Shown here one piece after another: positions 26,370 to 38,241 of a stretch of DNA of 64,000 bases. The translations under genes and the position numbers were made by a program. This DNA comes from Mobula hypostoma (Eukaryota): contig NC_086097.1 of NCBI RefSeq assembly GCF_963921235.1, forward strand, positions 18,416,001 to 18,480,000. Direction: 5' to 3'. The notes under the pieces are model-generated. The model ran no database searches and was not told the origin of the DNA. It saw only the letters and a list, made by a program, of their open reading frames with translations. Positions within the stretch are counted from its first letter, which is position 1, and every line of letters begins with the position of its first letter.

Positions 26370-27105
26370 TCTAGTCTGTGCTGAACTATTAATCTACCTA
26401 GATCCATTGACCTGATCCCAGACCATAATCAAAAATATTTCAAAGGCTTTCACAGAAGATTTGAGATGCACACCAGCAAAACCAACAGGTGATTGTCTCA
26501 TAGTGTCATAGCTTTATCCAGCATGGAAACAGGTCATTCAACCCAACTTGTGTATTCTGATCTTGATTGGCCTACATCCCTCTGAACATTTCCTCTCCAT
26601 GCACCCATCCAAGTTAATTGAACCCTCCTCTATCACTTCCTCTGGCAGCTCATTCAATGCATGAGTTTCCTCTGGGTGCTCTGATTTGCTCCCGGCGTTT
26701 GAAGATATATCGGTCAATAGGTTAATTGGTCGTTGTAAATTGTCCCATGGTTAGGTTAGGGTTAAATCAGGGGTTGTCCTGGGTTGGTGGGGGTTTGGAA
26801 GGGCTTGTTCTGTGGTATGTTTCTAAATAAATAAATACCCACCACCTTCTGTATGAACAATTCGCCTCCCAGTTTCCTCTGAAATGTTTTCCTCTCACCT
26901 TAGATCTACACCTTCTATCTTTACACTTCCCTGCTCTGTGGTATTTAAGTAACCTATGCCCCTCATAATTTTATAAATCTCCATAAGGTTACCCCCTCAG
27001 CCTCCTACACTCAAGGAGTAAAAGTCCAAGTCTATCCTCTTTATTACCCAAGACCCCAGTTCTGGGAACATCCTTATAAACCTTTCTTGCACTCTCTCCT
27101 CAACG
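26370..27105. mobile_element. CR1 3' fragments (minus) with an inserted V-SINE 3' half (~26660-26835, plus)
   Basis: GTTTCCTCTGGGTGCTCTGATTT...GGTTAATTGGTCGTTGTAAATTGTCCC; tail CTAAATAAATAAATA. Confidence 0.6.
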
Positions 27106-27132
27106 ATCAGCTTAAGAATTTTCACTGACTGT

Positions 27133-27426
27133 GGGCCGGCTGGTGGCGCAATGACATCAGCGCCGGACTCTGGAACGGAGGTTCTCGGGTTCAAACCCAG
27201 TCGGGTCCGCTCCCGAGTACGCTTTCCATCCGTGCTGGGTTGAGTATCAAGATCGCAACTCAAACTCGTAAAATAAAGGGAAAAATGCTGTGAAATGTCT
27301 GTGTGGGGAGTGGTGCAACACACAGTCTCTCTCTCGCTCCATGCCTTATAAAGGCATTAAAAAGACATCGTCCCGCCAACATCGCACACGCACGGATGCA
27401 CACACATGCCAAAAAAAAGAAAAAGA
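27133..27426 (+). mobile_element. tRNA-derived SINE with poly(A) tail and 15-bp TSD
   Basis: A box TGGCGCAATG, B box GGTTCAAACC; TSD AAGAATTTTCACTGA (27114-27128) / AAGAAATCTCACTGA (27427-27441); same family as 17470-17786. Confidence 0.9.
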
Positions 27427-27603
27427 AAGAAATCTCACTGAGTCATTCATATTTTGAACAGGTTAGAAAAGTTAATTCTATATCAAATTACTCTATAATT
27501 AGTAAACACAAGAAAGTCTGCTGATGCTGGAAATTCAAAGCAACACTTACAAAATACTGGAGGATATCAGCAGGTCAGGCAGTATCTGTGAAAATAAATA
27601 AGT

Positions 27604-27639
27604 AGTCGATGTTTCAGACCAAGACCCTTCATCAGGACA
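27604..27639 (-). ncRNA. Minimal type I hammerhead ribozyme motif (one decay in helix III)
   Basis: Minus strand: GTC-CTGATGA-AGGGTCTTGGTCT-GAAAC-ATC-GAC. Confidence 0.6.
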
Positions 27640-28273
27640 GGAAAGGAAGAGCGAAGATGTCAGAGTAAAAAGGTGAGGAGAGGAGGAGGGGAAGGAGGCT
27701 AGCTAGAAGGTGATATGTGAAGCCAGGTGGGTAGGAAAGGTAAAGGGTTGGAGAGAAAGAAATCTGATAGGAGAGGAGAGTGGACCACAGGAGAAAGGGA
27801 AAGAGGAGGGGACCCAGGAGGAGGTGATAGACAGATGAGAAGAGGTAAGATGCCAGCGTGGGGAATAGAAGAGAAGCGGAGGGGGAATGAAAACATTGTT
27901 TTACTGGAAGGAGAAGTTGACATTCATGCCATCAGGTTAGAGGCAAGCCCGATGGTGTTGCTCCTCCACCCTGGACCTCATCTTGGCACAAGAGGAGGCC
28001 ATGGACCGATATGTTGGAAGAGGAATGAGAATTAGAATTGAAATGTTTGGCCACTGGGAAGTCATGCTCTTGCAGATGGAACAGAGGTGCTCAATGAAGC
28101 GGTCCCCCAATTTACGGCGGGTATCAACAATGTAGAGGAAGCCTCATTAGGAGCACTGGACACAATAGATAGGCCCAGCAGATTCACAAATGAAGTGTTA
28201 CCTCATCTGTAAGGGCTGTTTCATGCCCTGAATGGAGGTGAGAGAAGAGGTAAGTGGGCAGTTGGGGCACTTA

Positions 28274-29888
28274 CAGTTGAAGTCAAAAGTTTACATACAC
28301 CTTAGCCAAATACATTTAAACTCAGTTTTTTACAATTCCTGACATTTAATCCTAGAAAACATTCCCTGTCTTAGGTCAGTTAGTGTCACTACTTTATTTT
28401 AAGAATGTGAAATGACAGAATAATAGTAGAGAGAATGATTTATTTCAGCTTTTATTTCTTTCATCACTTTCCCAGTGGGTCAGAAGTTTACATACACTTT
28501 CTTAGGATTTGGTGGCGTTGCCTTTAAATTGTTTAACTTGGGTCAAACGTTTTGGATGGCCTTCCACAAGCTTCTCACAATAAGTTGCTGGAATTTTGTT
28601 CCATTCCTCCAGACAGAACTGGAGGAATAAACTAAGTTACTAACTAAACTACATAAAGTAAGTTAACTGTGCCTTTAAACAGCTTGGAAAATTCCAGAAA
28701 ATGATGTCAAGTCTGCTTCATCCTTGGAAGCAATTTCCAAATGCCTGATGGTACCACATTCATCTGTACACACAATGGTATGCAAGTATAAACACCATGG
28801 GACCATGCAGGTGTCATACCACTCAGGAAGGAGACATATTCATCTCCTAGAGATGAATGTACTTTGGCACGAAAAGTGCAAATAAATCGCAGAACAACAG
28901 CAAAGAACTTTATGAAGATGCTGGAGGAAGCAGGCAGACAAGTATCTATATCCACAGTAGAACAAGTCCTATATTCACATAACCTGAAAGGAAGAAGCCA
29001 CTGCTCCAAAACTGCCATAAAAGAGCCAGATTACAGTTTGCAAGTGTACATGGGGACAAAGATCTTACTTTCTGGAGAAATATCCTCTGGTTTGATGAAA
29101 CAAAAGTTAAACTGTTTGGCCATAATGACCATCATTATGTTTGGAGGGAAAAAGGTGAGCCTTGCAAGCCGAAGAACACCATCCCAACCGTGAAGCATGG
29201 GGGTGGCAGCATCATGTTGTAGGGGTGTTTTGCTGCAGGAGGGACTGGTGCACTTCACAAAATAGATGGCATCATGAGGAAGGAAAATTATGTGGCTATA
29301 TTGAAGCAACATCTCAAGACATCAGCCAGGAAGTTTAAAGCTCGATCGCAAATGGGTCTTCCAAATGGACAATGACCCCAAGCATACCTCCAAAGTTGTG
29401 GCAAAGTTGCTTAAGGACAACAAAGTCAAGGTACTGGAGTGGCCATCACACAGCCCTGACCTCAATCCGATAGAAAGTTTGTGGGCAGAACTGAAAAAGC
29501 ATGTGCGAGCAAGGAGGCCTACAAACCTGACTCAGTTACACCAGTTCCATCTGGAGGAATGGAACAAAATTCCAGCAACTTACTGTGAGAAGCTTGTGGA
29601 AGGCTACCCAAAATGCTTGACCCAAGTTAAACAATTTAAAGGCAATGCTACCAAATACTACAAAGTGTATGTAAACTTCTGACCCACTGGGAAAGTGATG
29701 AAAGAAATAAAAGCTGAAATAAATAATTCTCTCTACTATTATTCTGACATTTCACATTCTTAAAATAAAGTAGTGATCCTTACTGACCTAAGACAGGGAA
29801 TGTTTTCTAGGATTAAATGTCAGGAATTGTGAAAAACTGAGTTTAAATGTATTTGGCTAAGGTGTATGTAAACTTCTGACTTCAACTG
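28274..29888 (+). mobile_element. Sleeping Beauty (salmonid Tc1 subfamily)-like transposon, 1615 bp, with ~349-bp symmetric inverted ends and TA TSD
   Basis: Ends CAGTTGAAGTCA(A/G)AAGTTTACATACACCTTAGCC; inner DR CCCAGTGGGTCAGAAGTTTACATACAC; TA at 28272-28273 and 29889-29890. Confidence 0.96.
28709..29682 (+). pseudogene. SB-like DD34E transposase pseudogene, N-terminus deleted
   Basis: SSLEAISKCLMVPHSSVHTMVCKYKHHGT, ILWFDETK, KHGGGSIML*GC, MDNDPKHTSKVVAK...WPSHSPDLNPIE...FKGNATKY; contains frameshifts and a stop. Confidence 0.95.
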
Positions 29889-30445
29889 TATGCCATTTGC
29901 AGGGTTAAGTGCGGGGAGGAAGATTAGTGTGGAGGGATGAATTCACAAGGTAGTCAATGAGGAGAAATCCCTGCGGATGGTGCGGGGTGCGGCAGGGGAG
30001 TAAAGATATGCTCGGTGGGAGGATCCCTTTGGAGATGGCAGAAGTTGCAGAGGGTGATGTTTTGGATATGGAGGCTTATGGGGTGGTAGGTATGGTTATT
30101 TAAAACGAGAGCTTCGCGGGCGTTAGTCCATTGTGCGTGGCCTATCAGCGGTGGCAACTGAGCTCGACAAAGGAGTGCTTCTCGCAGGTCAGAGGCAGTT
30201 ATTTAAAATGAGAGCTTCACAGACGTTAGTCCATTGGGGCTTATCAGTGGCGGCAACTGAGTTTGACGAACTAAATAAAAGTACAGAAGGGATAAGTGGA
30301 GCAGCCATTGTCGGGAGTAGGCCAGTGGCGAAAGTAGAAGTGACAGGCTCTGACCCATTCAGGCTTCGGCAAAAGTGGGCTTCGGCGAGGTAAGTGGTTA
30401 GCTGGAATTTGGTTCATCTTTGAATTTTTTTGAGGAATAGAGAGC

Positions 30446-31377
30446 ATGTTGGTGGGGTTAGCATTTTGCTCGGGGTGTCAGATATGGGAATCCTGGGAAT
30501 CCTCCAGTCTCCCAGATGGCCACATCTACGCCAGGTGCACCGAGATGCAGCTCCTGAGAGACCGTGTTAGGGATCTGGAGCTGCGGGCTTGATGACCTGC
30601 AGCTTATCAGGGAAAGCAAAAAGGAGGTAGAGAGGGGCTACAGGGCGTTAGTTACCCCGAGGCTGCAGGAGTTAGGTAGGTGGGTGACTGTCAGGGAAGG
30701 GAAGGGAAGAGCTCAGTTAGTAGAGAGCACGCTGTGGTCATCCCCCTCAGTAATCTCAGCAATTTTGGATGCGTTGAGGGGGATGACCTGACAGAGGACA
30801 ACCATGGTGATCGGGTCTCTGGCACTGAGCCTGGTTCCGTGGAGCAGAAGGGAAAGAGGAAGATGAGGAATGCAGTAGTCACAGGGGATTCCATAGTGAG
30901 GGGAACAGACAGGAGGTTCTGTCAGCCTGATAGAGATACCCGCATGGTGTGTTGCCTCCCAGGTGCCAGGGTATGGGATGTCTCGGATTGGGTGCAGAGT
31001 ATTCTGAAGGGAGAGGATGAAAGCCAGAAGTCTTGGTGCACGTTGGTACCAATGACATAGGTAGAAGAAGGGAGGAGGTCCTGAACAGAGAATTCAGGGA
31101 GTTGGGTAGGAAGCTGAAAAGCAGGACTTCTAGGGTAGTAATCTCAGGATTGCTGCCTGTGCCACGTGCTAGCGAGTGCAAGGATAGAATGATCAGGCAT
31201 AGTAATGTATGGCTGAGAGACTGGTGTAGGGGGCAGGGATTCAGATTCCTGGATCATGGGGGCCTCTTCTGGGGGAGGTATGACCTGTACAAAAAGGATG
31301 GGTTACAACTGAACCCAAAGGGGTTCAATATCCTAGCAGGTAAATTTAATAGAGCTGTTAGGGAGGATTTAACCTAA
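30446..31377 (+). pseudogene. CR1 ORF1 (Cys/His N-terminus, coiled coil, SGNH esterase)
   Basis: VVTGDSIVRG, CCLPGARV, VHVGTNDIG, VVISGLLPVP, DGLQLN; frameshifted. Confidence 0.9.
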
Positions 31378-31559
31378 TTTGGTAGGGGTCTGGGAACCGG
31401 AGTGATAAGGTTGAGGAAGGGGAAAACAGAAATAAATCAAAGATAGCATGCAACAGAGTTTATAAAAAGAACAGGCAGTAGATGAGGCTTAATCACAGCC
31501 AGTGGCATGAGTTACAGAGCAATAGAAGTGTGGTGCAGTTAAAACAGAAAACAAGAAAT

Positions 31560-34290
31560 ATTGGGCTTAAAGTGTTATATTTGAACACACGCAGCATAAG
31601 GAATAAAATGGACGATCTTGAAATTCAGCTATAGGTTGGGAAATATGGCGTTGTGGCCATCTCTGAAACTTGGCTAAATTATAGCTACCATTGGGAGCTG
31701 AACGTCCTAGTATATACAGTGTATCGGAAAGATAGGTTATTAGGCAGAGGGGGTGGTGTGGCTCTGTGTATAAGAAATAATATTAAATCATTTGAAAGAG
31801 ATGACATAGGATCGGAAGGTGTAGAGTCTCTAGGGGTTGAGTTAAGAAATGGCAAGGGTAAAAGGACCCGAATGGCAGTTGTATACAGGCCTCCAAACAG
31901 CAGCCGGGATGTGGATTACAGATTACAGCAGGAGATAGAAAAGGTGTGTCAGAAAGGCAATGTCGTGATAATCATTGGGGATTTTAACATGAAAATGGAT
32001 TGGGAAAACCAGGCCAGAACTGGACCTCAAGAGAGAGAATTTGTAGAATGTCTAAGGAATAGCTTTTTTGTACAGCTTATTGTTGAGCCCACTAGGGGAT
32101 CAGCTGTGCTGGATTGGGTGTTGTGCAGTGATCCAGAGGTGATAAGAGAGCTTAAGGTTAAGGAATCCTTAGGGAATAGTGAGCACAATATGATCGAGTT
32201 CACATTGAAATTTGAGAGGGAAAAAATAAAATCCAATGTGTCGGTATTTCAGTGGAATAAAGGAAATTACAATGGCATGAGAGGGGAACTGTCTGAAGTT
32301 GACTAGAAAGGGACATTTACAGGAAGGACAGCAGAGCAGCAATGGCTGGAGTTTCTGTGAAAAATGAGGGAAGTGCAAGGCAGATATATTCCAAATAAGA
32401 AGAAATTTTCAAAGGGAAGAAGGAAACTACCATAGCTGACAAGTGAAGTCAAAGCCAAAGTAAAAGCAAAAGAGAGGACATTCAAGGAAGCCAAAACTAG
32501 TGGGAAGATAGAGGATTGGGAAGCTTTTAAAAACTTGCAGAAGGAAACTAAGAAAGTCATTAAGAAGGAAAAGATGAATTATGAAAGGAAGCTGGCAACT
32601 AATATCAAAGAAGATACCGAAAGCATTTTAACGTATATAAAGGGTAAAAGAGAGTCAAGGGTAGATATAGGACCAATACAAAATTACGTTGGAGTTATTG
32701 TAATGAGAGATGCGGAGATGGCAGAGGAACTGAATTTGTATTTTGCATCAGTCTTCACAGTGGAAGACGTCTGCAGTATACCGGACATTCAAGGGTGTCA
32801 GGGAAGTGAAGTTTGTGCAGTGTTAATTACAACTGAGAAGGTGCTAAGGAAGCTTAATAGTTTGAAGGTGGATAAATCTCCTGGACCTGATAGAATGCAC
32901 CCTTGGGTTCTGAAGGAAGTAGCTGGAGAGATTGCAGAGGTATTAATGATGGTCTTTCAAGAATCGATAGATTCTGGCATTATACTGGATGACTGGAAAA
33001 TTGCAAATGTTACTCTGTTATTTAAGAAGGGTGGGAGGCAGCAGAAAGGAAACTATAGACCTGTTAGCCTGTCATCAGTGGTTGGGAAGTTGTTGGAATC
33101 GATGGTTGGGGATGAGTACCTGGAGACACATGACAGGATAGGCCAAAGCCAGCACAGTTTCCTGAAAGGAAGATCCTGCCTGACTAACCTACTGCAATTA
33201 TTTGAGGAAATTACACGCATGGTAGACAAAGGAGATGCAGTAGATTTGGTGTACTTGGATTTTCAGAAGGCCTTTGCCACACATGAGGCTGCTTAGCAAG
33301 ATAAGAGCCCATGGAATTACAGGGAAAGTTACTAGCATAGGAGGAGCATTGGCTGGTCAGCAGAAAACAGAGAGTGGCAATAAAGGGATCCTATTCTGGC
33401 TGGCTGCCGGTTACCAGTGGAGTTCCAGAGGGGTCGGTGTTGGGATTGCTGTTTTTTACAATGTATGTCAATGATGTGGACTATGGTATTAATGGATTTG
33501 TGGCTAAATTTGCAGATGATACAAAGATAGGTAGAGAAGTGGGTAGTGTTGAGGAAACAGAGAGCATGCAGAGAAACTTAGATAGTTTAGGGGAATGGGC
33601 AAAGAAGTGGCAAATGAAATACAATGTTGGAAAGTGTATGGTCATGCACTTTCATGGAAGAAATAAACGGGCAGACTATTATTTAGAGGGGGAAAGAATT
33701 CAAAATGCAGAGATGCAAAGGGACTTGGGAGTCCTTATGCAAGATACCCTAAAGGTTCACCTCCAGATTGAGTTGGTGGTGAAGAAGGCAAATGCAATGT
33801 TGGCATTCATTTCTAGAGGTATAGAATATAATAGCAGGGATGTGATGTTAAGACTCTAAAAGGCATTTGTGAGACCTCACTTGGAATATTGTGTGCCGTT
33901 TTGGGCTCCTTATTTTAGAAAGGATATACTGACATTGGAGAGGGTTCATAGAAGATTGACAAGAATGATTCCAGGAATGGAAGGTTTACTGTATGTGGAA
34001 CATCTGGCAGCTCTTGGGCTGTATTCCCTGGAGATCAGGTGAATGACGGGGGGATCTCATTGAAACATTCTGAATGTTAAAAGGCCTAAACAGATTAGAT
34101 ATGACAAAGTTACTTCCCATGGTAGGGGAGTCTAGGACAAGAGGGCATGACTTCAGGGCTGAAGGATGTCTATTTAGAACTGAGATGCAGAGAAATTACT
34201 TTAGTCAGAGGGTGGTAAATCTGTGGAATTTGTTGCCACGAGCAGCTGTGGAGGCCAAGTCATTTGTGTACTTGAGGCAGAGATAGATAA
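31560..34290 (+). pseudogene. CR1 ORF2 (APE endonuclease plus reverse transcriptase)
   Basis: AISETWL, VYRPPN, IIGDFN, SEHNMI; KSPGPD, NYRPVSL, YLDFQKAF, GVPEGSVLG, KFADDTK; multiple stops and frameshifts. Confidence 0.95.
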
Positions 34291-35593
34291 GTTCTTGATT
34301 AGCCAAGGCATCAAAGGGTATGGGGTGAAGGCAGGGGAGTGGTAATGTCTGGAAGAATTGGATCAGCCCATGATTGAATGGCAGAGCAGACTCGATGGGC
34401 CGAATGGCCTACTTCTGCTCCTATATCCCGTGGCCTTATGGACAAGAAGAGGAATACTCTCACTGTTAAGACAAAGGGAAGATGGCATGAGCGCAGATGT
34501 TCAGGAAATAGAGGAGATGTATGTGAGGGCACCATCAATGGCTATAAAGACGACTAGAACAAAGTAGGAAAGATGAGGCAGGAAGTTGTGTATTCATACC
34601 AGCAATATTTCCAATGCAGCCGGGTTTAGCAGTGAGGAGGGCAGGGAGTCATATTGATCCTTGACACAGTAGCGCCCAACAGGAAGGAGAGCAGGGATTT
34701 ACTCCAGGTTTAGGACACAGCATGATGCCAATCGAAGTGAGTGCCTTTTCCTATATACTGTGAGATAATGGGCTGAAGGACCGGGAACATCTAGTGGACC
34801 AACACAGTGCAAGGCAGTCTGAAACGAGCCTTCCTTGTCTCCCACCATTCACCTTCAGGCTTAACCACGCATTCTGAAGTAATTTGAAAACAAATTTACA
34901 GACAGTTCAAGCAACTGTCAAACTAGTTGAGATCAAAGTGAAAGGTAACCCAGCACCCTCACACTGCAGGTCACTTTGTGTTACAAATAACTAACAGAGC
35001 TGATTATATTCCAGCACAGCACAGCTGTGAACTCCACATTGAAACAGTGTGGACCTGACAGCCCCATTGATTCTAAATACAAACCATCCATTGACTTAGA
35101 ATGAATCTGCTACCTGTGCTCCTTAATGCTCTCTGTTCTTGATAATGTAACTGATGTTGGATTTCTGTCCAAGCCTTTACAGACAATGGAGACAAACAAG
35201 GGAGTGCTTAGCAGTTACTTAGTAGCAAATGACTTGTTATAAAACTGAAAGGACATTACCTAACAAAGGGATTTAGGAAAACATTCAATCTGAAATAACG
35301 TTGGATCAAATATCCACTCCATGGCCACTTTATAAGGTATCTCCTGTATGTCCATGGCCTTCAGCTGTTGTAGTCCATCTCCATCTCCATCAAAGTTCCA
35401 CATGTGCATTCAGAGATGCTCTCCTGTGCAGCAGTGTTGTAACGCATAGTTATTTGAGTAATTGTCACCTTCCTATCAGCTTGAACCAGTCTGGCCATTC
35501 TGCCCTGACCTCTCTCATTAGCAATGCATTTTTGCCCAAAGAACTGCCATTTGGTGGATTTTTTTTTTTGTGTATTATTCTCTGTAAACTCTA

Positions 35594-38241
35594 TGTCATG
35601 TTCACTCACCCATGACTACTGTTGAGACCCAAAGCCAGACAATAGACCAAGCTGGAGTACAAAATAACCCTTTATTCAGTAAAACTACATCAGTCTCAAA
35701 ACTCAACTCTTTTTTTCATTTTTACAGCAGTTGGCATCCACACTGTTGCATTACTGCCATCTTCAGGATTTATTGTCCCTCATTGTCCATTCATTTTAAA
35801 GCCGTCTTTCCAGTTCCGTCGCCCTTAAAAAACTAAACAACCATTTCCTCCCCTGATCATTCCAATAAACCTTTAACACTGTTCTCTACCAGTCCTATTT
35901 TGCGCAATTGTTGTAACATTTGTTGCCTTTCCTGTGCAAATTTCCGACATGAAATAAGGATATGCTCTACTGTTTCAGTCTCCTGACATAGATCGCAAAA
36001 ACCTGTTGGATGCTTATTTATGATGGCCAGAGTATCATTAAGGTTGCTGTGTCCAATTCTCAGTCTACTTATAATTACTTGCTCCTTCTGCTTTACTCCT
36101 CTACTTCTTCCCATATCTACTCTGTTCTGAATTGAATGTAAATGTCTTCCTTTTATTGCTCTATCCCAATGCTGCTGCCACTGTTGATTTATCCTTCTCC
36201 ACACTATGCTCTTCCCCTCTGATTTTGATAGTTTAATATTGACCTCTACAGATCCTTTTTTGACTGCTGCTTTTGCCAGCCTATCTACTTGTCTCATTTC
36301 CCATAATACCCGAATGTGCTGGAACCCACATGAATGTGATATTTTTGCCTTGTCTAGCCAGTCTTGATATTTGCAAACAGGATCTCATAAAGCAGATCCT
36401 GGTGACCTCTAGATGCACCTGCCTTAATGCTTGCAAGGGCCGATACAGAATCGCTACGTATCATAATATTACTACAATCAACCTGCTCACTCCATTCTAG
36501 TGCTAACAATATGGCAAACATTTCAACTGCATATACACTCAAGCAATCAGGTGTTCTCTTGCTAATTTCCACTTGGTAACTTGGTACAACAATTGCAGAC
36601 CCTGTTGCACCTGTTTCTGGATCCTTTGATCCATCCGTAAAAATCTGTATGCCTTTATATTTACATTCCCTATAACTATGATATTCACTGAGTATATCAG
36701 CCGTCTTATTACTGTGCTTAATCTTAAACAATTCCAAATCTACAGAGGGATCATCTAATACCCAGAAAGGTCTAACAGGCCACACCACACTTGGACAAAA
36801 CTCTTTATCGGATACACCCATATCTTTTGCTGTTTGCTCTCCTGTCCAGCCAAAACTTTCTTTTTGTGTCCTCTTCTTCTCCCAACATGTCTGCAACACT
36901 CTTTTTGTAGGATGGCTATCACCATGCCCTCTTAAATTAATCCAGTAATTGGCCTCCAGCTGTTTACGCCGCAGCCCCAATGGCATTTCATTTGCTTCAA
37001 CTTGGAGTGCACACACTGGGGAAGTTCTAACCGCTCCCAAGCACACCCTTAGAGCCCGAGCTTGTACGATATCCAGTTCTGCCAGCACAGATTTTGGTGC
37101 TGACCCGTATACAATACTTCCATAGTCTAATCTTTATCTTATTAATGCTACATAAATATACTTCAGCGATGCAAAATCAGCACACCTTTCCAATCCAGCA
37201 AGACACCTCATGACATTTATCACATTTTTACATTTAGTAACTACATATCTAACATGTTAATCTCAAGTCAAAGTGCACTCCCAAAAACCGAAAACTTTCA
37301 ACTCACTCCAGGTTACTTCCATACAGATTCAAATTAAGTCCCCTGAACTTTTTCCTTGTAAAGAACATGGCTTTTGTCTTCTCTACTGAAAATTTAACAC
37401 CCCACTTTGTCCCCCACTCTTCAACTTGATTAATTCCATCTTGCATTTTCGTAACTATATGTTCAATATTTCTCCCTCTTTTCCACAAAGCCCCATCATC
37501 TGCAAACAATGACCTCCCCACTTCCGTTGGAATATTTACGAATATATCATTTATCAAAATGGAGAATAAAGTTGGACTCACTACACTCCCCCGAGGCATC
37601 CCGTTTTCTACAACATACTGGCTTGATAGCTCTGATCCTATCTTCATCTGAATAGTTCTCCCATTTAAAAAGTCCTTAACCCAATTGAGCATCACCCCCC
37701 CGCCCGATTCCCATTAAATGTAGCTTGATTAGGAGCCCCTCTTTCCATAACGTATCATAAGCTTTCCCAACATCAAAAAAAAACTGCAACCACTGTCTCT
37801 TTATTTACTTCAACCTTTCTTATTTCATCCTCTAGACACAACACTGGATCCATAGTATTCCTTCCTTTCCTAAACCCGCTTTGATACGTAGCCACCATAC
37901 CTCTACTTTCCAAGAAGTACACTAACCTCTCATTTATCATGCGTTCCATAAGTTTACATACATGTGATGTCAAGGCAATTGGCCTGTAGTTTTCTGGCCT
38001 TGCTGGCATCTTCCCCAGGTTTCCTTATTGGAATAATTATTGCCTCTTTCCAGCTCCCTGGTATTCTCTCTTCATCCCAGACTTTGTTATACAGAAGCAG
38101 TCAAAACTCAACTCAAACTCACCCTCCCAGCACAACTAGGTGGATTACCCCAGAACAATTGAGTCCTTGACTGGGACAATGACCAATCAGTGAACATCAG
38201 CCCAGGATTGGTTTCAGCTGATTCTTTCGAGCACTGTAACA
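35594..38241 (-). mobile_element. Solo LTR (~240 bp net) split by the Nimb LINE
   Basis: TGTCATG...TGTAACA termini; imperfect 5-bp TSD CTCTA/CTCCG; TTTATT (minus-strand AATAAA) at 35671. Confidence 0.7.
35710..38100 (-). mobile_element. 5'-truncated Nimb/I-group LINE (RT, RNase H, CCHC) with 14-bp TSD
   Basis: NYRPIALTS, QSGFRKGR, GMPRGSVVSP, LFADD, IFTDGSK...EMFAILLAL...SDSVSAL, RLRIGH...CDLCQETETVEHILISC; TSD TCAAAACTCAACTC at 35696-35709 and 38101-38114. Confidence 0.95.

Larger units (their letters stand above)
30095..34440 (+). mobile_element. Full-length CR1 LINE (5' UTR, ORF1, ORF2, 3' UTR), decayed
   Basis: Complete domain order: tandem 5' UTR, esterase ORF1, APE endonuclease, RT, 3' UTR ending CCTTATG; flanking PLE sequence is contiguous. 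Confidence 0.95.
27503..34570 (-). mobile_element. Penelope-like element (terminal repeat plus GIY-YIG/RT-thumb relic) split by a Tc1 and a full-length CR1
   Basis: 27503-28273, 29889-30094 and 34441-34570 join into one PLE collinear with 55450-55945; ORF 29954-30157 HPISLHIQNITLCNFCHLQRDPPTEHIF. Confidence 0.8.

Noticed and set aside
27133..27210. tRNA gene
   Set aside because: Followed by SINE body, poly(A) and TSD; no clean cloverleaf
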